Shown one piece after another: positions 26,693 to 38,989 of a stretch of DNA of 64,000 bases. Source of the DNA: Priapulus caudatus (taxonomy: Eukaryota); the NCBI RefSeq assembly GCF_000485595.1, contig NW_014577074.1, positions 557,110 through 621,109 on the forward strand, given 5' to 3'. Numbering within the stretch: the first letter of the stretch is position 1; each line of letters begins with the position of its first letter. The position numbers and the translations under genes were made by a program. The notes beneath the pieces were generated by a model. It was given only the letters and a program-made list of their open reading frames with translations, had not been told where the DNA came from and made no database searches.

Positions 26693-27800
26693 ATTATTGT
26701 TGTTGTTTTCATCGTTGTCGCCATCGCACGGGTAAATACCACACCGTTTAAATCAGTGTTTGATATTCTGTGCCTCCTAATGTTTTCTGGACTTTGATTT
26801 CTAAACAAACTACAATATTCACAAGTAAATCTGGTGTGTGTATAGGTATATCTAACCAAAGGAAAATCATGGAGTCACTAGCTTCACTGCTGTACGACAT
26901 TGCAATGTGTTTGCGTCATTGTAGCTTTACACTTAGAGACTTGTTATAAATACTCTTTACACTTACACTGTATTGGGCACGAACTGTCAGTACAACCCCA
27001 CACACTTTTTTGAGTAATTTCCAGCACGACGTTATTTAACCCACGAAATTAAATTATTTTCGCTTATAGTGACATACAGTAGATTTAGTGTTCACGTTGA
27101 TAACAGTTATTTGGTTTGGTAGCTCAGCCCTGGAGTATTCATTTTCGTCCTCTCTTAACTTTTGACTCCCTAGTCCCTAACATCCATGCTTTGACTCATA
27201 CAGTATGCTAACAACATGTAGGCTTTGCTTCTCAAGATATCGACAATGTGGGGGATGAAATCTGCTTGTTCACTTCTGACGTCTACGTTCGACTATATTT
27301 TTATTTCTATACTCGATTTCACCACAAAAAAGTTAATCATGGAATATAAACATTAGGTTCCCAACAAAAAAAGTTAAATTGTTACATAGACAAAGACTTG
27401 GATGTGCATCAGCCAAGTTACACACATTTGCACATTTATTGAATGGCCACGCATGCAATATCGCACCGTGCGCATTCAACTAGAACAGCCTAGCTATAAG
27501 AAACCGCGCATTTCGCATTCCCAATGCAAAAACTACGCAATCTCTCAACAATTATTGTAATGAAGCAAATTCAGCCATTCTCATTCATAAAAAATCAAGC
27601 AGGCAGATTCGGTGACAGGAACTGGCCTCGGGTTACTAATCACTCACGGGCCTCATTAGTGCCAAGACAGCGCACTCAAATAGGGCAGTGGTCCACCCCT
27701 CCCTATTGAAAGTAAAAAAACGATCGTGCTGACCAAACGCGTGACAAATCTAAGTGGGAATCGATCTATAGTCCTACGGGTCGTTGGTCCTACGGTTAAG

Positions 27801-28068
27801 GCTCATAGGGTCTATGTCCCCCAGGGTACTGCCGGAACGTACCCTGGGTACGGTCCGGTATACCGGAACGTACCCTGGTCACTATTTGATATGGTTAAGG
27901 TTAGGGTTAGGGTTAGGGAGTAGGCGTAGGCGTCTCCCTAGACTCGTTAGTGGAGTAGGCGAGGTACGGTCTGGCATATTAGATAGTAAACAGGGTACGT
28001 TCCGGTATAGTCGACGCATACCCAGGGTACGTTCCGGCAGTACCCTGGGGGACATAGACCCTCTCAGC
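27801..28068. mobile_element. Second copy of the 9439-9736 MITE, opposite orientation
   Basis: Same TIRs; internal ggttagggttagggttaggg; no matching TSD. Confidence 0.8.
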
Positions 28069-29666
28069 AATTTTCGACGTATGCCAGTGTACGTCCCGCA
28101 TACGCGGGCCATAAGTTGTAGGTAAGCTATGCGATCGTTTGACACACGTTCACACACGTTACTTGTAAGTTACTCATAAGTCGAAATACGTCGAGATAAT
28201 GTCTAGCGTACCCAAAACTTATTTCTAAAGCTATTTAAAAGCACCTATTCTAAAGCACCTTACCTATGAGTAAGGTGCTTTGAACCTATGTGTAACTTAT
28301 ATCGAACTTATCTCCAACGCATATTGACGTATGTAGACGTGTTTCTAACTTACAGCTACCGTATAATGGCGTATTGGCAGCGATTAGGGGAATTGGTATA
28401 TAAAAATGGTATTGGCATGTTGATACTGCGACGGTGCATGATGTTGATACGTGCGACGATCGTGATGTGTACTGGCGATGTCTAGTGGTTATTATTTGAA
28501 TCAGTCGAGCGCAGCCTTTTTATAGGCTACGACACGTGATCGTCGGCGATACGCTGCCGCGCGCTATGCATAAGTTAGAGTCAGACTATCGTTGGGCATA
28601 AGTTGTGAACGCCGGCAACACGCTAAGTATTCGTTGGTATAAGTTATCTATAAGTTATCGAAACGTTCTATATAAGTTACTAATACGTTAATGTATACGT
28701 CCAATCGTTATGAATAACGCTATGGTAAACGCCCAAAATTAAAAAAACATGCGATAGTTCAGCCGTAGTGCCAGCGTTTAGAAAAAATTTTGATACGTCG
28801 GAATACGCTGGCTAAATCGTCAAGGTATGACAGGGCCATTAAATTAAAAAAAAAAAATTTAAATTTTTAATTGTATTTGTTTAAATTTTTCTTTTGAAAT
28901 TTTCTATTTAAATTTTTAATTTAATTTTTTTTTAATTTTTAATTTTTAATTTAATTTTAATTCTGTTTAAAATCTTTTAATTTATTTTTAAATTATGGCT
29001 ATGCCATGCATTTGTATTTGCAATGCATTGCCATGNNNNNNNNNNNNNNNNNNNNNNNNNATGCTAGGTCAATTAGGGGCCCGCAGTTATATGAGCGTTA
29101 AGGGAAATATGATCAAGGTCAATGTAAAGGTCCAAATAAAAGTCGCAGTGACCTGGTTTTGGTACGTGACATCTACCTTCTCCCCAAGATGTGTAAGTAT
29201 ACCAAGTTTGGTAGTGCTAGTTCATTAGGGCCGAGTTATAGAGCGGAAGGGAAAAATATGATCAAGGTCAAGGTCAAGGTCAAATAAAAGCCGCAGTGAC
29301 GTGGTTTTGGTACGCGACACACATTCTGCCCAAGATGTGTAAGTATACCAAGTTTGAAAGACATACGACATGTCTCAATCGCTCAAACCTTCTATAAATC
29401 CATTACAGTGATTCGCCACCTCGGTCGCTCAATTGTAAGAGAAGTCTGACACCTAATAGTCACACGAGGAGCGATGTCAACTTCAATATGAAAACTCCAT
29501 TCCATTCGACGTTACAGCTAGATTCGGCAAAAAAGTCAGGATGCATGTATAGTGGACATGCTGACGACGGGCAGAGTGGCAGCTAAGAATAAGCATCTAT
29601 ATATATATCAGGGTATCAAGTGACAAGTGACGCTCAAAAAATAGGAAAATAGGTATTTCAGATGTG

Positions 29667-30890
29667 AAACAAGTGCCGCGGAGCGACAGCGCTCATCTAA
29701 CGTCTACTGCGGTGACTGTGGTGGAGTGGTGGTGGTGGTGGTGGTGGTCTAGTAAACCCTGTTAGTCCCAAATGTGTTCACATACACGCCGAAACAGTGG
29801 AAGGCACAGGGATGGTATCAGGAACCTTCTCAAAGGAATGTTCGTTGGGATCGTTATGAAAGTTGCTACGAGATGGCGCGAACGTTTAAGTGTCATCAGA
29901 TTAAAGATGGAAGCTCCCATCGTACGTAGTACTAGTAGCAACAACTATTTGCAAGACAGAATAGGTAAGCACTCATCCATTTACCTACGCAAGCCTACAG
30001 GCTAAAATAGAGAGGTGCCACCTGTAACTAATTAACGCAGGCAAAAACTACACAGTACCACCACCACATGCACTGGCAGTGGCCACTGGCAGTGGCATAC
30101 GTTAAATGTAACACGCTGACAGTACAGAATGCAATCGAAATTATATGATTTAAGGAGCATAAACCTTCTTCAACCAAATTTAGCTTTTGAAATTTCACTG
30201 TGACATTGTAGCCTCATACATCCAGGCATGTATAGATTCTACTAGCAAACCCGGCAGTCAAATTCTTTCTAACAGTAAACAAATTTATCCATGTTTAACC
30301 CGCCTCTTTAGGGTCAAAAGGTTATCCGACACTTACTCTTCGTATGTCAGCAAAAAGTACATTTCATGGTCCTTTCAATAAAGCCATAAAAATGCTAGGT
30401 CACGCGCTGAAACAAAAAGTTTTCAATCGCTCCGTCAGACCATGTCCTCAGAAGAAATGTCTAAAATCTGCCCGTTGTGCCCTGTGCCCATTGACCTTTG
30501 ACCTGTGGCCTCCAATTTCGGCACAGTGATGGCTTTTCCTACCATGATGCTATACACAGACTATCACGAGCCTATAGGTCGAGCCGTTTAGATTTGTGCC
30601 GCAATTCTGCATTTCCTCCCTATACCTTAAGTTAAGGAGGGAATGTTCCCCCTTCTTTTACACCTCTTCACCTTTGACCTTTGACCCCCAGCTTCGACAT
30701 CCCAACTCGTTTTGATGATCCCCCCGACGTCCCGAATATCGTGACCGTACGTCAAGCGGTTAAGATTTGTGCCCAACTGTTGACGCACGGACGGACGCAC
30801 GAACGCACGCACGGCCGGACGGACGGACGCACGGACGCACGCTAATGCGATTCTACAAGCTGCATCTGACTATGTCAGATGAGCTAAAAA
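29667..30890. mobile_element. HINE-type element (further copies at about 39581-40799 and 53786-54945)
   Basis: Sub-terminal inverted repeats gctcatct and agatgagc; terminal hairpin catctgactatgtcagatg followed by an A-run; (ggac)n microsatellite before the end. Confidence 0.7.
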
Positions 30891-31244
30891 TAGGAGGAAA
30901 ATAGGAATTATGGTGAGAAAATATATGTTAAATAGGAATATTTGTTGCGTTAGATGGCCTCCCAACACCCCTACAGCCATCCCGATCCACCACAAATGGT
31001 TTTATTAATATACATATTTGGAGTTACATCACATGCGAACAATATTTTGAGGTTTTAATGAGAAATGCATGTTAAAATTGATTTCAGCAGTTTATACATG
31101 CATAAGCACCCATACATGTAGACTACTCCAAAATAGTATGACATACATGTATACATAAGCGGATCCGGCTTTTTGAAAAAGGGTTTAGAAATAAAGGGCA
31201 CTTTTATAAAAAGATGCCGAAGGCAGCTTATGCGACGTGTCTAA

Positions 31245-31701
31245 AGGCCGTCGAACACCTACCCAAAAATCGATCCGATTAAAAAATCTCTTCATCGTTT
31301 GTAAAATCGGCTCATCGCGACGCCTTCCGATAAACACCCGCACACTTACGATAAAATTGATTATTTAAATCTCCCTCAATTTCGTTCGTCCACGCTTTGT
31401 CTATGGTAGGCGCCATTTTGAATGTCATGTGACACAGGCACGTTCAGCTATTGGCTGTTCAATATTTATCGTAGAGGATTTTTCTGAGTTCACGCGCACA
31501 CCAAAAAATCTTGTCGGATTACACAAAATCGCTTCAAAATAATCGGTTCAAAATCAAACATGTTTAATTTGGAACGATCACCTGATAAAAATAATCGCAA
31601 GTAAAATCGTCTACAAATGAACGCGCACACCTACCCGATATCGGCTGATTTTTATCGGGCCGATCAAATCGCGTGAAAAATCGGCTGGTGTGCGACGGCC
31701 T
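31245..31701. mobile_element. PIF/Harbinger MITE nested in the hAT-like element
   Basis: TAA|aggccgtcgaacacc ... ggtgtgcgacggcct|TTA. Confidence 0.72.
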
Positions 31702-33488
31702 TTAGGCACGTTGCCACTTAGGGGGGAGGGGGTACGTTAGGGGGTCTCCCACAAGAAAAATTTTAAAAATTGGTACATTCTGAGAGCATCTGAGCAGTAA
31801 TTTTGATGTCTAGAATGCAAGATGGAATTCCAAATTTTTAAGCAGAAAATTATCTTTTATGTGTTATCTTTTTTGGGGTAAAAAAAGGGGGGTCCGGACC
31901 CCCTGGACCCCCCCCCTCTGGATACACATACCACATCCAACTGAGAAACAACTTTACTGAAATAAAATCTGTGATAGTAAAGAGTATATTACGTTAATTT
32001 AAAGTAAGGGGTGGTGGTCTGGGGGTCCTCCCCCAAGATATTTTTGAAAATTGTGTCACCTGAAATGTAAATTCCTGCATTCTGAGAAGGATACATACAA
32101 TTCTGGATTCAGAAAAATGAAAAGCCCTCAAAAATAGGAAAAAAAAGGAATTTGTCCAGAAAATAGGACGAAATAGGAATTGCCCAGAAAATAGGAAAAA
32201 ATAGGAAAAAATAGGAACTTGACGCCCTGATATATAGACGGACAGATAATTGAACTACAAAGAAATGGCCCGACTGGACTAATTCAGCGCAAAAATATGG
32301 CCTTCCTTTGATAAGCCTTATACGTTCGTATTAGTGACGTGCCGCCGGGTAACTAGGATGCTTCGCGGGCATAGCAACAGAGCCAAAGTTGTATTGCCTC
32401 CACTCGGCCTCTAAAGCTGAGTGGGCTTCGATTGGCTTTGGAGCAGACTTCAAAGAGAGATTCGTTTTTAATGTATGTTTATTTAACTACATGTTTTTCT
32501 CGTCTTCTACCATATTGTAAGCTAGCCTCTAAAAAGCAAAGGAGAAAAGATCTAACGGAACTGGAGTGGAAACGAAAACCTAGTGGAACACGAGTATATA
32601 GCCACCATTTGACCATAATAGCCATAATAGCCATAATAGCCATCATTTGGAATATTGTTGATATATTTAAGTAAATGAATGGCTGAGTTTTGGCTGACTC
32701 ACTGTTTCTAGGGAACAATTCGGGTATTTATAATAACAAGCTGTCCATTCTAGCGACACGCACATGTTCAATTTTGTATGATGTAGAATTGATATGATTG
32801 GCAAACGAGTGCGTTTTCTGTCAATCATGCGAAAACCAACAAGACCGAGAACACGGAATGGAAAAGCGAATGAAGTGACGCTTAAAATTTCAAAAACCGA
32901 ACAGTTTGTGCGGGTACAGTCTCGCACTAGGGAAGTAAGCTCAAGGATATATAGCGATGTACAATCGATTAAACCTGACAAGTAGATATAGATACAAGCA
33001 AACCGATGCTTGGCACACGTTACCGCCCACAAATACGTGCTGCTTGAGTGCAGTCTCTGCAATCTGCATGCCGATGAATAAAAGCCAGTGAATGGCCGCA
33101 GCGATCGAATCAATATATTCAACGTAAAATCTTCAATTTGTAGCGAACACGAATGTGCCACACACTGTTGCCGATACCCCCCCCCCCATTCATTACATTA
33201 TTACTGACATTATTCCATCGTTTCTATGCATATTTTAAAGTTCGTAGATGCTGCCTACATTCTCATCACAAACAAAGAATAAATGGCAGATCCGCTAAAA
33301 GCTTATCATTATATCAGGAGTAGATAATTATCTTCTATTATCTACTCCTGATTATATACTTCTTATATAGTCAGCTTGTTATAACTCAAATGATCCTCGT
33401 ATCACAAACATATATATGTAAGTATTGATTTGGCTATTATTACATTAAGCTTAACTGCTTAAGCCCCAATAAGCTTACTTATGGAATA

Positions 33489-35510
33489 CAGTAAAAACCC
33501 GCGTATAAGAACCGTTAAGCTAAGGTTTTCCATTTAGACCCCCTTGACATAAGAACCTGTTTTAGCCTAAAATTTGAAACACGTTCTTATTTCCTAAAAT
33601 TCAATTAACACATAAAAATTCATTAATTAACTACTGCACAAAAATACAGTACAGTGCAGTTTCACTGCGTACATTATGAAACTGAGCCCGCATGCATGGT
33701 ACCGTATCTTATGGAACCTGGCCTGGCATTATGTTTGTGGTGTTTTAAAACAATCTAGTTTTGATTTGTTGATGTTTATTAGGTACTAGCTGGGCTACCC
33801 GGCGATGCCCGGGATAAAGGAGAAAAGAGCTAGAATTTAGTCTGCCATGACTAAATATGGGCTGTACTGACCTTATTCTGATTTTATAAATCTGTCCCAA
33901 GAATTTCACTTGTGTTCAGTTCTGCAGCGCTTCTTGGTACACAAAATTCTTGGTATTGCCATCTTCAGAGAACCAAGGAGTGCCGCGTTGTACTTCCAGA
34001 TGTTGTCCCTGAAGTGCTTGGCACGTGGGCTGTTTTGTGAGAGCAGCTGCCTGAAGATCTGTGGTGGCATTTGGAGGGCCTCCAGCTTTACTTTGCCTCC
34101 TGTGCAGCACATGCCTGGAGCTTCCCCTGGCCACGTCTTGGCAGAGCAGTGTGTGCAGATGTTGTCCATCCTGCCAATGGAGACCTTTGGGTTAGAGGTG
34201 AAGTCTTTGTTGAGGTCGTAGGAGAACGCTGTGTTGAGCCATGAAATGTTGTCGTCAGTATGTTGCCTGGCCCTCCTTGCCTCTGCACGTGACCTCTGGT
34301 GGGTTGCGGCATCACTTGTTTGGCGGAGTTCGCGCTGTTCGGCATTCTCTGCAGAGCGTGCTGTTTGATGGGCCAGTTTCTTTGCCCAATTGCAGTTGAA
34401 CTGCCGAAAAACGATCGCTTCCGTTTCGGCATTTCATGCGATTGCCTGATTTTGCATGAGCCTGACTATAGTTGAGCGCTAGGATTGCTGTTTGCTTTTC
34501 GGCTGCGCTAGGATTCGTCTTGACTTTTCTGCTGCAGTGTATAGTCGAGTCGAGTGCTAGGATTGCTGTTAACTTTTCTGCTGCGCTAGTATTTTTTTGG
34601 GGGAAATCTGTTGTTTGTTTTTTTCCCCTTATTTTGGCCTTTTTGTGCAAATTGTTTTTGGCCTAAAATGGTCGTCGCGTCATGCTGATTGAGAATATAC
34701 CTCACGGGTCACCTCTTACTGGTCTCGAGAAGACAGACAGACAGATAGATCCGGCGATTTATTGTAGGGGATGAATAAGAAACACTCGAAAATACGAAAA
34801 TAAGCAGCAAGTTCAGCATTTATACCTATATGGTAGTCGTCTACGACGCTTTCGTGTCTCCTTCGAAGCTAATAATTCATTTATTGCCGCTGTAATTCGA
34901 CAATACAGCTACAAAAATACCGGTAAAAATGCGAACAACACCGCGAAAATTCGCACTCGATGCAGTAGGAGGGTATATATAGCGCCACCGCGCAGACATT
35001 TATTAAAATAATAAATAATTTTAATTGTAATTTGACATTTCTTCATTTTGTGTATATTTTTGATTTTTTTTTGGCCTAAAATGGTCGTGGCGACATGCTG
35101 ATTAAGAATATATATGATGTTGATGGTGACCTCTTACGGGGGGGGGGGGAGAAGATAGACAGACAAACAGACAGACCGAAAAACAGACTCGCCCTTTATG
35201 TAAGAGATAAAGGGCATAAAAAGAAATAATATAACCAAGAATAGGGTTTAAATTTGTCTAGATTGCAGTCATTTAGACATAATTATATACATATTTTATA
35301 TAAACAATGCAACCAACAATAATATTATAATAATAATAATATATATTATATAAACAACTGCACCAATATTCTACCAGAAACAACCAACACCTTTTTTTTC
35401 TTAAGAAAATAAGAACCTTATAGCCTAATTTACCAGTAAACACCAATTATATAAGAACCTTTTTAGGCTAACTTGAAAAAATGCAGGTTCTTATACGCGG
35501 GTGTTTACTG
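33489..35510. mobile_element. Tc1/mariner (pogo-like) non-autonomous element hosting the Helitron
   Basis: TIRs cagtaaaaacccgcgtataagaacc and ggttcttatacgcgggtgtttactg, flanked by TA on both sides. Confidence 0.8.
33786..34771 (-). mobile_element. Non-autonomous Helitron with an internal fragment of the RepHel N-terminal zinc-finger region
   Basis: On the minus strand it starts A|TC (34771) followed by (TCTG)n and ends with hairpin cccgggcatcgccggg then CTAG|T (33786). The internal ORF reads CTHCSAKTWPGEAPGMCCTGGKVKL...HFRDNIWKYNAAL. Confidence 0.88.
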
Positions 35511-37221
35511 TAGTAGATATAGAGCTATCCTACCGTCTTTTTTGATAACGTTGAGTTTTACACGGACAACATGCCATAACTTAATTTATTAGTATTGTAT
35601 CTCCTGATTGTATTTTAATTGGTCATTTGATATTTATCAGCACTTGGCTGTCTGTATATTTGTCAGGAAATATCTGCCTACTTGTCATGAACCAGAGAAT
35701 ATGTGATATTGGTACGTCGCAAAGCGGTATAGTAATGCCTGCTGCCGGTGTTTCACATAGAAGCCTGCATGCTCCTTCTGCTAATAATGCAAATTAAAAG
35801 ATTTCAGTTGAATTGCTGCTTCATAACAGTTGCAGCATTATTAGAGTTACGAAGGTGCGACCATAACGCTAAATCTGTAGTATTATTAGTAGACTTGTTC
35901 CGTGGCTAGGCCTGCATGGCTGTAACAACCATCCTGAGCAGTGTGCAAGAGAAGATTGCTCTCAGACGTTTGGAAGAGTGCATGGTGGTCGTTATGACAC
36001 ATGTAAGTGATCCAAAAGGAAATGAAAGTGAAGGAACAAATCACTTCCTCCCCACTGCCCCTTCTTATCTCCCTTCATCTCTCTCCTTCCCCTACGTCCC
36101 TTCCTCCGGCCACCTCCATCCCAATTATTTCCTCCCTCTCACTCTCTCTCTCTCTCTCTTTCTCTCAGTATTCCTCTCTCACGGTCTCGCTTCCATTAAT
36201 CACTCGTTTGGAACACAGACGAACGCAAGCGCGCGCGCACGTACGCACGCACGCACGCACGCACGCACGCACAGACACACACACACACACACACACACAC
36301 TGCCATGATGAATATTGGCAGGTGTCAAACGCAGCGTGACCTGCAGAGAAATGTTTTGGAAAATATTTTAATAATCGCCTCTTTGCGAAAACGCGCGATG
36401 TTATATAAAAACGTTTGAGTTGGTGCAAGTCGCATCTCGGCATAGGCTGAGCGGGCGAACACGGGGTGGCCCATGCATGGCTCTCGTTTAACATTGATTT
36501 AAAAAAGCTCTAGGACCCACTAATTGCAAAAGAAAAGAAAGCAGTGGCGATATGTTGTGTAGACGGTCCATCGTTCGTCACTCCTTGTTTGTCTAGTTGC
36601 TTGATTGTGAGCTACTATTTGCTTAAGTGAATAATAGAGATTCTATTATACTATTATTCTCTATTATTCACTCCAGATATCATGTAATCTAATCTTAGTT
36701 TGCAATGAGTGCGTGCGCGTGTGCGTGTGTGCATATATATTTAATATGGTCATAGGCTTGTAAACATGTTTGGGAAATATTTACACACGAGCAAAATTTC
36801 TTCACGATACCATGCATAAATTACCAACAATTACAACTGATCAGCATTTTAATCTATGCAAACACGACATAAAGTTCGCCATGTTATTTAGTAAATAACG
36901 AAAAATTTAAGTTCGTCTGCAACGGGCCCATAGGGTCTCTAAATATATTCTTACTCGCGATTGCCAGTGAGTCCGCGCGTATAAAAGTACACACATGATG
37001 AAGGAGATGGAAGCTTTTTGGAATGCAATCATTATTATTTATTACATTACATAGAACTTTATTGCATGCCTAGTGAAATGCACGTTAGTGGCTTCAAGAA
37101 TATTGGCTTCTTGGAGCAAAACCACAACCATAAATATTCTAGTGGGAGTATAATATTCATTCATACATTTTTTTTCTACATTTATCACCACCACCCGCCG
37201 TGCGTGCGCTAGCACACCTAC

Positions 37222-37414
37222 CTCGTTCACGTAGAAGTAAGGTGTGCCGTAGACACCCGTGTCGACGTAATCCCTGTCGTTCTGCGTCGAGCCTGGCTCC
37301 TCGACGAGCCCCATGTCACGTAGAGCCTTCGATAGCTGCAGTATCTTGTAGCCGCGCGACGCATCGCTGGCCAGCTGCGCATCGCACTTAGCCTGGTCGT
37401 ACGGAATGTCATAT
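37222..37414 (-). CDS. PTPRN: IA-2/PTPRN-family exon (after RESP18-homology domain)
   Basis: Acceptor cacccgcag| and donor |gtaggt; 193 nt, phase 2 to 0, compatible with both neighbours. Encodes YDIPYDQAKCDAQLASDASRGYKILQLSKALRDMGLVEEPGSTQNDRDYVDTGVYGTPYFYVNE in a GC-rich coding-like island. Confidence 0.85.
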
Positions 37415-38160
37415 CTGCGGGTGCAACCAACGTGTACATCATGCATGAGAGAAGTGCTCGGGAGCACAGCGCTGATTACGCAATGCATGCAGTGAGGAAT
37501 GTGGGGTGGATGCACGAATCGAAGATGTAACGGAGAAAATGTGGAAATGTATAGAAATGCATGTTTTAAAATAGAAATGCGTGGTTTAAAAATCATGCCC
37601 ATGACATCAATATCATTTCGAAGACCCACATGAAAGAGAATACATTACACAGGTTGCCTCCACCTTTGTCGGACGGCAGCCTTAAAGGACGGCCTTAACG
37701 GACGGTCGGACGGCGTCGTTAAGTTTTTGTAATGGATTATGCAACTCAACTCTTCATGCATTCACACCACGGTTATACCGTTCCCGACAAAATATTTACT
37801 GCATGGCCATCACATAAATTTGTATGGGTCATATACAGTCACCTATGTCTTATGGCCAATTATCAACTCGGTTTATGTATTGGCAAGAAAATCAATAATA
37901 TATACAGCTGTCAAACCCACAATAAATGCGTCCTCTCGTCAACCCACACACTATGTACAGTAAGCAAAGCGAGCAAAATAAGCGGTCGAACGAATACAAG
38001 AGCAGTGGAACCGTTTGTGCAAAAGTTTAACCAGAGATTTTCAATGAGGAAACCATATTGTAGATTCCGCGTATGATGCTACTTGATATTTATAGAAATT
38101 AAAATAAATGAGTATAGAAAGGCGCAAATAGAAACGATATAAATATTATAGATGATGTTA

Positions 38161-38193
<33 letters not shown>

Positions 38194-38989
38194 TATTTTT
38201 ATTATTATTATAATCACTGCTTGAAAAACACATCTTATTAAAATTAGAAAGGGCAGTTGTCGCCAACTACATGTATACCCCATGATCTAGTATGAATGAA
38301 ATATCTCTGTAAGGATGTAGAAAGTAGGTAAAGTTAAATAAGTCACAAAGACAAAGGTAATTGTTATACACAACTCATCTGCCTAAGATGTGCAAGTATA
38401 CGAAGTTTGCTCACGCTAGGTCAATTAGGGGCGAGTTATAGAGCAGAAGGAAATATGATAAAAGTCAAGCTTCAATCAATGCATGTCAAATAAGGTGTGC
38501 AGTGACCTGTTTGGTACGCGACACACCTTCCCCAGATATGTAGTATACCAATTTTTGGTTGCGCTAGCTCATTAGGGGCCGAGTTATAGAGTAGAAGGAA
38601 ATATGATCAAGGTAAGGTTAAGGTCAAATAAAAGCCGCAGTGACGTGGTTTTGGTACGCGACACACATATCTGCCAGAGATGTGTAAGTATACAATTTGG
38701 TAGCGCTAGGTCAATTAGGGGCCGAGTCTTATAGAGGCGGAAGGGAAATATTGTCAAGAGATGCAGTAAGGTCGCAAGTGACCCTGTTTGTACGCGACCA
38801 TCTTCTCCCCAAGATTGTCAGTATACAAGTTCTGTGTAGCACTAGGTCAAATTAGGGGCCGAGTATAGAGCGAAGGGAAATATAATAAGGGTCAAGGTAC
38901 GGTCAAATAAGGTCGTAGTGACCCTTGGTTTTGTACGCTGTGCCACTTCTTCCCAGATGCTATAAATATACCAAGTTTGGTATCGCTAG

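Larger units (their letters stand above)
29609..32229. mobile_element. hAT-like element carrying nested insertions
   Basis: atatatat|cagggtatcaagt ... acttgacgccctg|atatatag; sub-terminal aaatagga repeats at both ends. Confidence 0.7.
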
